From: an uncultured Dehalococcoidia bacterium
GTDB taxonomy: Bacteria; Chloroflexota; Dehalococcoidia; DSTF01; JALHUB01
DNA: 64,000 nt
NCBI GenBank assembly: GCA_964565775.1
Contig: CAZMGB010000006.1
Location: 9,403-73,402 of the forward strand
Direction of reading: 5' to 3'
The notes beneath the pieces were generated by a model that saw only the letters and a list, made by a program, of their open reading frames with translations, searched no databases and had not been told where the DNA came from. The stretch's first letter is position 1; every line of letters starts with the position of its first letter. Position numbers and translations under genes: made by a program. This document shows, piece by piece, positions 53,738 through 63,468 of the stretch.

Positions 53738-54340
53738 CTAGCCGGACTCCCGTGAAGCCGTCGTCGAAAACGCCCGGGCGAGGAACTGCTTGAGGATGCG
53801 GGCGGTAAGGCCCCAGATCACGTACTCACCGAAGCGGTAGCAGTCCGTGACCACCTCGCGCCCGCCGATCTGACGCATCTCCTGGTAGAAGTTGGCGCCG
53901 TCCAGCAGGTGCCGTAGCGGCACCTCGAGCACCTCCTCCACCTCGTAGGGATGGCCTACGAAGACCTTGGGCGCGGGCGCAGTGAGGACGCCGACAAAGG
54001 GTGAGACGAGAAAGCCGCTGATCGCGGGCCACTCGTCCAGCTCGCCGATGATCTCGACGTCCTCCGGCCGTACTCCCACCTCCTCGAACGTCTCGCGAAG
54101 GGCCGTGACCCGCAGATCCCGGTCGTCGGCGTCGGCGGCACCGCCGGGAAAGGAGATCTGCCCCTTGTGATGCTCCACCTGCTGCGTCCGCAGTGTGAAG
54201 AGGATGTGCTCTTCCCCTGCCCTCGGGTAGAGGAGGATGAGCACCGCCGCCCGAGGGCGGCCCGCGGGCTCCAGCCGGCGGGGCTGATGCGCCGCCAGCG
54301 CGCGGCGGATCGCATCGATGAGCTGCTGGCGTTCGGGCAT
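53738..54340 (-). CDS. NUDIX hydrolase (CoA pyrophosphatase-like)
   Basis: Start re-called to ATG 54340. Nudix box GQISFPGGAADADDRDLRVTALRETFEEVGV. Confidence 0.75.
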   Translation of the reverse strand: MPERQQLIDAIRRALAAHQPRRLEPAGRPRAAVLILLYPRAGEEHILFTLRTQQVEHHKGQISFPGGAADADDRDLRVTALRETFEEVGVRPEDVEIIGELDEWPAISGFLVSPFVGVLTAPAPKVFVGHPYEVEEVLEVPLRHLLDGANFYQEMRQIGGREVVTDCYRFGEYVIWGLTARILKQFLARAFSTTASRESG

Positions 54341-54787
54341 GGACCCCCCTGCTACCCCTCTCGTCCCGAAGCTGGCGCCTGGTTCGGAGCGCCGATGAGC
54401 GATGAATGGCCGCGTCTGTAATCGTAGGGGGCGAAGCGGGCGAAAGCAAGCATTGGAAGGCCGTCCCCTGTCTCCCCAGAGGAACCCTGCTGCCCGGGCA
54501 CGGCCTAAATGTTTTCGCCGATTGTCCGATTCATACGAAAGGGAGAACTCGGCACTAAGACAGGCCCGCCTTAGAGGCAGCAAGACCTTCCGCGAGAGGC
54601 AAGGCAAGGCCTTGACTGCCGCTATCTTCGCGATCAGTGCAGGCCGATCGCCGACCTGACAGAGAGGCGTGGGCCCCCGGCCACGGGGTTGGCCGGAAGC
54701 CCCGCCGGGTAGACCGGGGGCGATCCCGTGATCCCAGAACCGATAAGGGACTGGACGCCGACCCTTGAGCAGGCTAAGGGCCTGGAG

Positions 54788-55192
54788 ATGGAATGGGTGT
54801 CGGTGCAGGAAGCCTCCTGGCGGCTCCGCATCTCGCCCAGCACCGTCCGGCGCTGGCTGGTGTCGGACAAGCTGAACGGTCGGATCACGCAGAACGGGAG
54901 ACGGGCGTCCTACGCCGTGCAGGTGCCCGCCCTACTCGCGAACCTATCGCAGGCGGAACGAGTCAGGACCGAAGTGCTGAGAGCCCAGCTTGCGACCAGG
55001 GAGCAGCAGCTCGCCGTCCTCACGCGGCAGAACGAGCGACTGGAGAGGCACCTGGACGCCGCACGACGGAGGCTATCGCTGCACTCACGCCGGCGAATAG
55101 CGGAGAGGGAGCGCGCGGCGTCCAGAGCGAGAGGTCTCGCGCGCTGGCTGCCCTTCCTCCGCTTCCTTAGAGGCCGCCACATCACGGCATAA
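54788..55192 (+). CDS. helix-turn-helix (excisionase/MerR-like) protein with coiled-coil tail
   Basis: WVSVQEASWRLRISPSTVRRWLVSDKL followed by a heptad-rich segment. Confidence 0.5.
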   Translation: MEWVSVQEASWRLRISPSTVRRWLVSDKLNGRITQNGRRASYAVQVPALLANLSQAERVRTEVLRAQLATREQQLAVLTRQNERLERHLDAARRRLSLHSRRRIAERERAASRARGLARWLPFLRFLRGRHITA

Positions 55193-55340
55193 GCCCCCTA
55201 CCGGCCAACCCTCACACGCCATCTCTCCAACGCCGGGTTCGCCGCCTTCAAACGGCCGATAAGGCGTGACTCCCCGCCGATGGCATGGCCCGCAATGACG
55301 ACGGCTCGATGCAGCAGACTGCGAGTGTTGGTGTCGGAGG

Positions 55341-55415
55341 TGGTGGGCCCGGCAGGATTCGAACCTGCGACCAACCGGTTATGAGCCGGTCGCTCTGCCG
55401 CTGAGCTACGGGCCC
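55341..55415 (-). tRNA. tRNA-Met (anticodon CAU; could be lysidine-modified tRNA-Ile2), CCA encoded
   Basis: GGGCCCGTAGCTCAGCGGCAGAGCGACCGGCTCATAACCGGTTGGTCGCAGGTTCGAATCCTGCCGGGCCCACCA folds into a full cloverleaf: 7-bp acceptor, ACCGG/CCGGT anticodon stem and TTCGAAT T-loop. Confidence 0.9.
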
Positions 55416-55582
55416 CGTGATTCGGAGGAGGCAGCGCTCCCGCTCGCCCTCGGAGTGGAGTCCTCTCGCATCGGATTGTACCCCGCCCCCAATAGGCTGT
55501 AAAGCTACGGGTTCCCAGCGGGCGCGCTTCCCCTTATAATCCTCCTGTCCCCAGAGCCAACCCGCCTCCAAGGAGCGCTGTT

Positions 55583-56701
55583 ATGCTTACCCCCTTCGAC
55601 GAGCACATCGGCCATCAGCTCCCCACCACCTTCGACCACGTCGTGTCGAGCGACCCCGCCTGGACCGAGCGGCGCTGGTTCACTCTGCACGACATCGAGG
55701 CCCGCGACGTCATGCTCAACTGCGGGCTTGGCTACTACCCCAACAAGAACGTCATGGACGCCTTCGCCGGCGTAGCCTACCGGGGAAAGCAGTACAACAT
55801 CCGCATGTCGCGCGAGCTACGCCCCCACCCGCTGGAGGAGAAAGTCGGGCCCTTCAGCATCCACGTAGTCGAGGGCCTGAAGAAGGTGCAGCTCCTGCTC
55901 GAAGAGAGCGACGCCGGCATCAACTTCGACGTCGAGTGGGAAGCGGCGATGAACCCCCATGAAGAGGAGAACCACTTCGACCGCCGCCGCGGCAAAGTGG
56001 TGGAGGACATGGCCCGCTACTCGCAGCAGGGGCGCGGCCGCGGCACGATCCGCATCCCCGGCAAGACGTTTGAACTGCGTCCCGACACGTGGTGGGGCCA
56101 GCGCGACCGCTCCTGGGGCGTTCGCCGCGGTATCGGCTCCGAGCCCCAGTCCGCCGAGCCTCCACCCTCGCCCGCCTTCTTCTTCAACTGGGCCACGGCC
56201 CAGTTCCGCGACTACGGCTTCCACTGGCACTTCATCGAGAGCGCTCCCGGCCAGTACTCGTACATCACGGGCGAGGAGGTCCGCCCCCAGGGCCAGCCCG
56301 CCGACCCGGGCAGGCGCGTCGTCGCCATCGAGCACGACTTCCGCTGGGCCCAGGGCGCGCCCGCGCAGACGGTCACCGACGCCGAAATCACGTTCAGGCT
56401 GGCGGACGGCGAGCGCAAGACCCTCCACCTCAAGCCGCTGCCCACCCGCTACTTCCTGGCGTCGGGCATGTACTTCCGGGGCTACAAGGGCTGGACCCAC
56501 GGCGCCTGGAAGGGGGCCTACCACTGCGAGCACGATGTCTGGGATCTCAGCAAGGACGCGGTGCTGACCGAGGCGGGCACCTTCGGCGACCACATGATGG
56601 AGTATCGCTGCGGCGACGACATCGGTTACGGGATCATCGAATACGGCGTGGCGCCCGGCTATCCCAAGTACAAAGAAGTCCAGAACGTCCTCCCCGTATA
56701 G
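55583..56701 (+). CDS. hypothetical protein, possibly an AttH/CrtC-like hydratase fold (weak)
   Basis: 372 aa with no cofactor motif. WWGQRDRSWG resembles the D..WG motif of the CrtC/AttH family. Speculative. Confidence 0.4.
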   Translation: MLTPFDEHIGHQLPTTFDHVVSSDPAWTERRWFTLHDIEARDVMLNCGLGYYPNKNVMDAFAGVAYRGKQYNIRMSRELRPHPLEEKVGPFSIHVVEGLKKVQLLLEESDAGINFDVEWEAAMNPHEEENHFDRRRGKVVEDMARYSQQGRGRGTIRIPGKTFELRPDTWWGQRDRSWGVRRGIGSEPQSAEPPPSPAFFFNWATAQFRDYGFHWHFIESAPGQYSYITGEEVRPQGQPADPGRRVVAIEHDFRWAQGAPAQTVTDAEITFRLADGERKTLHLKPLPTRYFLASGMYFRGYKGWTHGAWKGAYHCEHDVWDLSKDAVLTEAGTFGDHMMEYRCGDDIGYGIIEYGVAPGYPKYKEVQNVLPV

Positions 56702-57005
56702 CCTGGGCCCCGCGCGCTCGTTCGGCGCGCGCCGCCGGGCACGTTCCCCGATAGCGCGCCGCGCAGGCGGACGAAAAGGACGTTCACTCCATATGCGCGT
56801 GCGCCCCAGCCCAGAGGTGGAGGTGGCAGTCCGCCCGCCCGTCACCATTCGGCTCCCAAATCAGATGCAAACGGACTAGCCGATTCGGCGCAAACGGCCC
56901 TTTCATGGGTGGCGGCTTCCCGTCGTAATAGTAGACGCCGAAATGGGGCGCGCCCGGCTGCCGGCGTGGGGACGAGGCGAAGGGTCCGCGCCCAGGAGCA
57001 CCGAT

Positions 57006-58028
57006 ATGGCTCAGCAGACCGAGGTCCAGCACCAGATAGCGTCAGTCCTCGACCTGAACAAGTGTCTCGGCTGCCAGACCTGCACCATCGCCTGCAAGAC
57101 GCTCTGGACCGACGGCGACGGCATGGAGTATATGTGGTGGAACACGGTGAACACCCAGCCCGGCATGGGCACGCCTCGCGACTGGGAGAACAAAGGGGGC
57201 GGCTGGAACGGAGAGGCTGGTCGGCAGGGACAGTTGCCCACGAAGGCTGAGTTCGGGGAAGCTTGGCAGTTCAACCACGAGCAGGTCTACTACGAAGGGA
57301 AGGGCAGCTCGGTGTTTCTACAGCCCCAGGGCGGGAGGCCCTCCTGGGGACCCAATTGGGACGAGGACCAGGGCGGAGGCGAATACCCCAACTCCTACTA
57401 CTTCTACCTGCCCCGCATCTGCAACCACTGCACGAACCCCGCCTGCCTGGCCGCCTGCCCTCGTAGCGCCATCTACAAGCGCCCGGAGGACGGCATCGTC
57501 CTCGTCGACGAGGACCTGTGCCACGGCTACCGTTTCTGCGTGGAGGCCTGCCCTTACAAGAAGATCTATTTCAACTTCCAGCGAGACATCGCCCAGAAGT
57601 GCATCTTCTGCTTTCCCCGCATCGAGAAGGGAGTGCCGCCGGCCTGCGCCCGCCAGTGCTCCGGCAGGCTGCGCTTCATAGGCTTTCTCGACGACGAAGA
57701 CGGCCCTATCTATAAGCTCGTCAACGAGTGGAAGGTCGCCCTTCGCCTTCACGCGGAGAGGGGCACGCAACCCAACGTGTTCTACATACCACCCCTTTCG
57801 CCACCCCGCATCGACGAGAACGGCGAGATCGACGAGAGCACGTCGCGCATTCCGCCCGGGTACCTGGAGTACCTGTTCGGCGCGGAGGTGCACCAGGCCC
57901 TGGAGACGCTGAAGGCGGAGCGAGAGAAGGTCAGGCGCGGCGAGAAGTCGGAGCTCATGGACCTGCTCATCGTCTACAAGTGGCACGACCTCTTCGGGCC
58001 GTTTGACAAGGACCCTGCCACAGTCTGA
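57006..58028 (+). CDS. type II DMSO-reductase-family beta (four-cluster FeS) subunit, NarH/EbdB/SerB-like
   Basis: Start re-called to ATG 57006. Cluster motifs CLGCQTCTIAC, CNHCTNPACLAACP, CHGYRFCVEACP and CIFCFPR...CARQC. Confidence 0.8.
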   Translation: MAQQTEVQHQIASVLDLNKCLGCQTCTIACKTLWTDGDGMEYMWWNTVNTQPGMGTPRDWENKGGGWNGEAGRQGQLPTKAEFGEAWQFNHEQVYYEGKGSSVFLQPQGGRPSWGPNWDEDQGGGEYPNSYYFYLPRICNHCTNPACLAACPRSAIYKRPEDGIVLVDEDLCHGYRFCVEACPYKKIYFNFQRDIAQKCIFCFPRIEKGVPPACARQCSGRLRFIGFLDDEDGPIYKLVNEWKVALRLHAERGTQPNVFYIPPLSPPRIDENGEIDESTSRIPPGYLEYLFGAEVHQALETLKAEREKVRRGEKSELMDLLIVYKWHDLFGPFDKDPATV

Positions 58029-58043
58029 GGGCGGCGAGAACCG

Positions 58044-58703
58044 ATGGTTCAGCTCCACGACCTCGAGACGCCCGAGGAGCTCCAGACAGCCAGCCGCAGC
58101 CGCATGTACCAACTCCTGGAGCGGGCCTTCCTCTTTCCGGAAACGCCCTTCTTCGAGAGCGCAGGGGACGGCAGCTTCAGCGAGGAAGTCCTGAGCATCG
58201 CGTCCGGGCTCCCGTATGCCCTGCCCGCCGCCGCCGACGATGCGCGGCTTGGCTCGGCGGCCGTCTCCTACGACGAGTTCCAGGCCGAGTACATCCGTCT
58301 GTTCGACGTCGGGGTCGGAGCGCCGCCCTGCCCCCTCTACGGGGGCCTCTACGCCGGCGGCCGAAAGCACGCGCTAGAGGAAGTCTGCCGCTTCTACGAG
58401 TACTTCGGGCTGAAGCTTCCGCCGAAGCTACGTGAGCTGCCCGACCACATCACTACGGAGCTGGAGTTCCTGCACTTCCTGACCTTCAAGGAGGTTGCGG
58501 CGCTCCAGCAAGGCAAGGATCGCACCTCCTACCTGCGGGCGGAGCGCGACTTCCTCGAGCGCCACCCGGGCCACTGGGTGCCGCTGCTCGCCCGCCGCCT
58601 CGCCGAGCAGTCGCCCCTCCCATTCTTCGCGGGCCTCGTAGGGTTGACGGAGGCGTTCCTCGCCCAGGACCAGGCATACATACGCGGGATTATCAAGGCC
58701 TAG
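58044..58703 (+). CDS. TorD/NarJ-like maturation chaperone (delta subunit)
   Basis: SRMYQLLERAF...EYIRLF...CPLYGG...ELPDHITTELEFL, the typical TorD-family pattern. Confidence 0.65.
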   Translation: MVQLHDLETPEELQTASRSRMYQLLERAFLFPETPFFESAGDGSFSEEVLSIASGLPYALPAAADDARLGSAAVSYDEFQAEYIRLFDVGVGAPPCPLYGGLYAGGRKHALEEVCRFYEYFGLKLPPKLRELPDHITTELEFLHFLTFKEVAALQQGKDRTSYLRAERDFLERHPGHWVPLLARRLAEQSPLPFFAGLVGLTEAFLAQDQAYIRGIIKA

Positions 58704-58799
58704 CCCGCCTCTTCGTGGGAGCGTACGAGGAGCAGCGGAGAACGCGACGCCGCGTCCCTGAGGGAGGCGGCGTAGTGCGTCTCATCGCCCGAGTGAGCT

Positions 58800-59252
58800 C
58801 TAGGCGCTACCGTAGGGCGGCTTGCCCTTGGGCCAGGACGTGTCGAGCTCCTGGCCGTAGATGGCGGAGAGGACGTTGACCAGCTCCGCATTCTGGATGA
58901 GGATGCGCATGTCGCCGACGATCTTGATGTCGCCCTTGAGTCCAGCCTGCACCGGGTCGACCAGGTTCGCGACCACCGCCTCGAACAAGCTCGCGGGAAG
59001 CTCAAGCGTGAAGTCGAAGTCCCTCTTAGCGGGAGCCTCTTTCATCTCCACGTAGCTGGTGCAGCGCCCATCGACGAGATCGACTGCAAACCATTTGCTC
59101 TCGCCGTCCTTCAAGTAGGGAGAGGTGGCGTCGCCGTTGACCTGCCCCAGCACTTTCAGGTGTCCCCGCGGCGCCTTCTTGGTTACCTCATCGCTTCGGT
59201 TTAGGGTCTCCTTGAGCGTCTCGTACCACTCGGCGGTGTAGATATCGGGCAT
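58800..59252 (-). CDS. SCP2 sterol-carrier-like domain protein
   Basis: LELPASLFEAVVANLVDPVQAGLKGDIKIVGDMRIL is an SCP2 C-terminal pattern. Confidence 0.6.
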   Translation of the reverse strand: MPDIYTAEWYETLKETLNRSDEVTKKAPRGHLKVLGQVNGDATSPYLKDGESKWFAVDLVDGRCTSYVEMKEAPAKRDFDFTLELPASLFEAVVANLVDPVQAGLKGDIKIVGDMRILIQNAELVNVLSAIYGQELDTSWPKGKPPYGSA

Positions 59253-59284
59253 GCGCCGGACCTCCGAACCGATTCTCCATCCTT

Positions 59285-60892
59285 CTAGTAAGGCCTATCC
59301 TCACGCTGCCAGATCTTCGGCAGTTTGTAGTCCTCGCAGATGACCTTGAAGGCGTTGTACCCGCCCGCAGCACTGACGCCGCCGCCGCTCGCCGACGAGC
59401 CGCACATGTAGAGGCCCTCGAACTCGGTCCGGTACCAGTAGGACCGGCCGCCGGCCGCCGCGTACGAACCTAGGCGCCCGTGCGAGAAGTCACCCTCCGG
59501 CATGGCGATCTTCTTCTCGATGTCGAAGGAGGTGTACAGCTTGTGCGCGATGACGTTCTTCTCCGTCATGTTGGGTGCATATTCCTGCCACAGCTTCAAG
59601 AACTTCTGGTTGTAGGTGCAGCGGACCTCGTCCCACTCTTCAGGCGACAGGCAGGAGGCACGGGGGAAGAAGAACCAGCCGTTCATGACGTGCTTCCCCG
59701 GCGGCGCCTGCGTCGGGTCCCAGAGCGAGTTCACCCATGTCCCGGCGCCCGGTCGCGAGGGGATGGCGCCGCCGTAAGCCTCGAGGATGTAGTCCGACAT
59801 CTGCTCCGCCGTCTCGAAGCCGACCACCGTGTAGAAGGTCTTGTTTATCGTGGGGTCGTGGCGGGCCGACTTGTAGTCTGGCGGAGCATGGAGGGCGAAG
59901 GACGGGGTCCCCAAGACGTGCTCCGGCCCGAAGCGCCAGTTGGCGAGGCGCTCTCGACGAAAATCGTTCAGGTGCTCCGGCCCCACCAGGTCGACGAACG
60001 TCTGCCTCGGGTCGGCGTTGCTGGCCACGACCTTTCGTGCTTCGACCTCTGTCCCGTCCTTGAGGCGGACGCCGGCAGCGCGGCCGTTCTTGAGGTTGAT
60101 CTTGACCACCGGATTGCCGAAGCGCATCTTCACGCCCTGCAGCATGCAGGCGTTCGCCAGCGCGTGGGCCAGCGTGTGCGTTCCGCCAACGGACATCTTG
60201 TGGATTGCGCTCAGCCAGAGAACGCACAGGAGGAAACCGTAGCCGTTGCCGGCGTGAACGTTGGCACCCCACTCGATGCACTGACGGTAGAGGAGGGCGC
60301 GCAGCTCAGTTGACTCGAAGTGCTGGTCGATGATGACCTTGGGCGACTTCTGGAGCGTCGTCAAGTCGAAGCCAAGCTGTACCAGGAGGCCGAAGAGCCG
60401 AGCCGCCACCTCCGGGTCCATCTCGCCGCCCGAGGGGTCGGGCGGCGGTGAGTAGAGCATCGAGGCGATCGCCGTGTCGTTCTCTACGACGATGTGCTTC
60501 ATCGTGTCCCAGGTCTCGGCGTCGTGCTTGGAGTAGCGGGCGATGCTCTCGAAGGTCTTCTCGCGAAAGTTGGGGTTGTAGATGATGATCGGCGGGCGGC
60601 CGTCGGCGAAGGTAATGCCGACCTGGGCCTCCGGGTAGATCATGCGGGCGCCCACCTTCTCAAGCTCGAAGTCGTGATAGGGAGGCATGTAGTCGATGAA
60701 TTCCATGTACTGAGCGTGGAGGTTGTGCCAGAAGCCGGGAACCGTCGCCTCCTCAGTGTTGGCGCCGCCGCCGTCCTCGTGGCGCCGCTCGAAGATGGCG
60801 ACCGACATGCCGGCCCGCGCCAGGTAAGCCCCCAGCGTCATGCCGTTGTGGCCGGCACCGATTATCACCGCATCGAAGGTTGCATCAGCCAT
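59285..60892 (-). CDS. FAD-dependent oxidoreductase, phytoene desaturase (CrtI) family
   Basis: N-terminal dinucleotide fold DAVIIGAGHNGMTLGAYLARAGMSVAIFE, 535 aa, paralog of 61430..63031. Confidence 0.75.
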   Translation of the reverse strand: MADATFDAVIIGAGHNGMTLGAYLARAGMSVAIFERRHEDGGGANTEEATVPGFWHNLHAQYMEFIDYMPPYHDFELEKVGARMIYPEAQVGITFADGRPPIIIYNPNFREKTFESIARYSKHDAETWDTMKHIVVENDTAIASMLYSPPPDPSGGEMDPEVAARLFGLLVQLGFDLTTLQKSPKVIIDQHFESTELRALLYRQCIEWGANVHAGNGYGFLLCVLWLSAIHKMSVGGTHTLAHALANACMLQGVKMRFGNPVVKINLKNGRAAGVRLKDGTEVEARKVVASNADPRQTFVDLVGPEHLNDFRRERLANWRFGPEHVLGTPSFALHAPPDYKSARHDPTINKTFYTVVGFETAEQMSDYILEAYGGAIPSRPGAGTWVNSLWDPTQAPPGKHVMNGWFFFPRASCLSPEEWDEVRCTYNQKFLKLWQEYAPNMTEKNVIAHKLYTSFDIEKKIAMPEGDFSHGRLGSYAAAGGRSYWYRTEFEGLYMCGSSASGGGVSAAGGYNAFKVICEDYKLPKIWQREDRPY

Positions 60893-61442
60893 CGGATATC
60901 TCCCTCTTCGCCAGGGCCCGCACGCCCAGGGTGACCAGGAAACCTACCACCACACCCAGCAGGACACCTCGCACCCAGTCCCGGCCCGCCAGCGCTCTCA
61001 CGGCCCCCGGCCGCTCCTCGGCCGCCGGTGCAGCCTTGAGCACCCGCAGGACCTGGAGGGCGAACAGCGGCCGCCGCAGCGACGTCCGGACGCGAACGCG
61101 CCGCCGCACCGCCGCCGACACGGGGCTGGCCCGACCACCGAGCAGGTCGAGCAGCAGCGGGAACGGCGCGCCGACATAGGCATCGACAGACTCGGCCACG
61201 CCGTCCCTGATCCATATCTCGCCGCCCCGAAAGTCTATCGTTATCGCCGTCTTGGAGTCGGTGGCGTCGAGGGCCAGACTGCCCCGCAGACCCATCGCCC
61301 GGCGTCGCCTCTCCTCGTCATCGGCAAGCGTCTGCTCCAGGTACTGCTGGGTCATCAGGCCCAGGCCGCTACTCTTCTCCCCGTTCGCCAGCCAGACGTG
61401 GACGGTCGGGGTGTCGATCGTATTCTCGCCTATCTCCACCAC
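60885..61442 (-). CDS. SCP2-like domain protein with C-terminal TM helix
   Basis: Start re-called to GTG 61442, overlapping the upstream stop. ALDATDSKTAITIDFRGGEIWI...LLLDLLGGRASPVSA, with C-terminal VLLGVVVGFLVTLGV. Confidence 0.5.
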   Translation of the reverse strand: MVEIGENTIDTPTVHVWLANGEKSSGLGLMTQQYLEQTLADDEERRRRAMGLRGSLALDATDSKTAITIDFRGGEIWIRDGVAESVDAYVGAPFPLLLDLLGGRASPVSAAVRRRVRVRTSLRRPLFALQVLRVLKAAPAAEERPGAVRALAGRDWVRGVLLGVVVGFLVTLGVRALAKREISDG

Positions 61443-63031
61443 CTCTCGAGGCCGTTGTCTTCCGCGATCGCCTGGAGCGCGTTGTAGGCGGGGGCAAAGG
61501 TGATGAATCCGTGCGGGTGCTGAGTAGCCCCGCACATGTACAGCCCCTTGTAGGGCGCGCGGTAGAGGGAGAGGTCCGGGAACGGCCGCTCGGTCAACAT
61601 GTTGTCCAGGTCCACGAGGCCGCCCATCCAGTCGCCGTTCACCATGTTCGTGATGCGGCGGGGGATATCGAGGGGCGTGTACGTGGCCCACTCAATGATG
61701 GTACCGTCCTTCAGATTCGGGGCGTACTCCTGCCAGGTCTGGATGCAGCGCTCGCCGAAGATCGGCCCCATCTCGTCCCAGGCCTCGGGGCCGCCGGTGG
61801 CGAGCTCGTAGGGCGCGAAGTGGCGCATCAGCCCCGTGTAGAAGCCGTCGGGGGCATCTGACGGGTCGAACAGGGTGTTGACGGCGCAGTTGGGCCGGGG
61901 GCTTGGAATGAGCCCCTTGCGGATGTCGCGCCAGTGTTCGTTCAGGTCCTCCAGACTCTCGTAGCCGGCGTTCAGGACCCAGGCCTGGTTGATATCCGGG
62001 TCGAATTCCGCGGCCTTGTACTGCGGCGCCTCGCGCATCGCCAGGTGGACGCTGAAGAAAGACCAGTCCATGTGCGGGTACTTCTCGACTCCCTCCACCA
62101 CCTGCGATGGCAACTGGTCCCGGCCGATCATCTCCAGGAAGGTCTGCTCAAGGCTGATGGAACTGGCCACTACGTGCCGCGCCCTGACCTCACTGCCGTC
62201 GTAGAGGCGCACACCCACCGCCCTGCCATTATCGAGCAGTATCTTGTCGACGGGGGTATGGGGGAAGACCGTGCCGCCGCTATTGGTCAGCGCCTCCCAG
62301 AGGACATGGGCAAGGTTATGGGAGCCGCCCACGCAGACATGCCAGTTGTCGATCTTGCCGACGAGGAGAGGGAAAGAGACCCCCAGACCCTTCCGGTCCG
62401 TCGAATAGCCAGCGTAGGCAGCCTGGAGGGCAAGCTGGGCCTTTACCCGGTCGTTCTCGAAGTGCTGGTCGAGAAACTCGTTGATGGTCATGTTGCGGAG
62501 GTGGACGCTCAGGAACTCAGACTTGTCCGCCACCTTCCAGACCACCAGCGCCTTTGTGATGTCGAGGAGCGGGATGGGGGGAGAGTACATGAGGGTACGG
62601 ATCAGGAGGTCCATGTACCCTTTCACCTCCTGGAAGAGGCGCCGGAAAGTCTCGGCGTCCTTCTCGGAGAAGCGGGCGATGGAGGCGCAGGTCTTGTCGA
62701 GGTCGGCGTGGATAGTGAGAGCCGTCCCGTCCTTGAAGACGCTGCCCATCTGGACCGGCGGCCGCACGTAGCGCAGACCGTGATCATAGAGCTGGAGGTC
62801 ATCGTAGACCGGGCAAACGCCCACCAGGGTGTGGTAGTTGCAGTGGAGGTTGTGCAGGAAGCCGGGCCGCGTAAGCTCCTCGGTGCAGAGCCCGCCCCCC
62901 TCCTCGCCCCGGCTCTCGAGGACCGCTACCTCCCACCCCGACCTCGCCAGATAAGTGGCCAGAGCCAGCCCATTGTGGCCGGCTCCGATGATCACGGCAT
63001 CGTAGGTCGCGTCAGCCATTGCCCCCCTCAA
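61430..63031 (-). CDS. FAD-dependent oxidoreductase, phytoene desaturase (CrtI) family
   Basis: YDAVIIGAGHNGLALATYLARSGWEVAVLE, 533 aa. Confidence 0.75.
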   Translation of the reverse strand: MRGAMADATYDAVIIGAGHNGLALATYLARSGWEVAVLESRGEEGGGLCTEELTRPGFLHNLHCNYHTLVGVCPVYDDLQLYDHGLRYVRPPVQMGSVFKDGTALTIHADLDKTCASIARFSEKDAETFRRLFQEVKGYMDLLIRTLMYSPPIPLLDITKALVVWKVADKSEFLSVHLRNMTINEFLDQHFENDRVKAQLALQAAYAGYSTDRKGLGVSFPLLVGKIDNWHVCVGGSHNLAHVLWEALTNSGGTVFPHTPVDKILLDNGRAVGVRLYDGSEVRARHVVASSISLEQTFLEMIGRDQLPSQVVEGVEKYPHMDWSFFSVHLAMREAPQYKAAEFDPDINQAWVLNAGYESLEDLNEHWRDIRKGLIPSPRPNCAVNTLFDPSDAPDGFYTGLMRHFAPYELATGGPEAWDEMGPIFGERCIQTWQEYAPNLKDGTIIEWATYTPLDIPRRITNMVNGDWMGGLVDLDNMLTERPFPDLSLYRAPYKGLYMCGATQHPHGFITFAPAYNALQAIAEDNGLERWWR

Positions 63032-63468
63032 TCAATGCCCATGCGGGCACACGCAGACAGCGCGTCGACCTCGAATGTGCGGACGCCCGGAAGAACTATG
63101 CACCACAAGATAGGTATCGACGGGATGCCCTCCAAGGGCTGTTTGGGTTGTATTTGCAAGGCCGTTTGTACCGAAGTTGACCAGTGGTAGACGCTCCCGG
63201 CGAAAGCTGCTATCGGCGCCACGAAGGCTCCAGGCATTGTGGGACGGAGTTGCCCGGCCCATCGGGCGCCTCGCTGTTGCCATCAGGATCGAGAATCCTC
63301 ACGTACTGGACAGTCGGAAACTGCGTCAACGTGGCGATGAATTCCTGCGCGACGGTCAACGTCGACCCGCCGGCCGCAGCCGCCGGTCATAAGACATCAT
63401 ACAACAGAGCACCGAGGGGCCGATCTGAGGTATTCTGTTGGTGAGCCGTCCAGCGAGAAAGGAGTGTC

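Noticed and set aside
49625-55415. Calling the whole interval a mobile genetic element
   Set aside because: I found no integrase, transposase, conjugation or phage genes and no tRNA-derived direct repeat. Only indirect mosaic-content evidence exists, so it is reported as a low-interest hypothesis instead.
56702-57005. Remnant of a molybdopterin alpha subunit, or the 82-aa minus-strand ORF 56784..57032, in the gap upstream of the beta subunit
   Set aside because: No frame in the gap shows alpha-subunit-like sequence by eye. The 82-aa ORF overlaps the beta start and has no RBS or recognisable motif. A decayed alpha fragment cannot be excluded without alignment.
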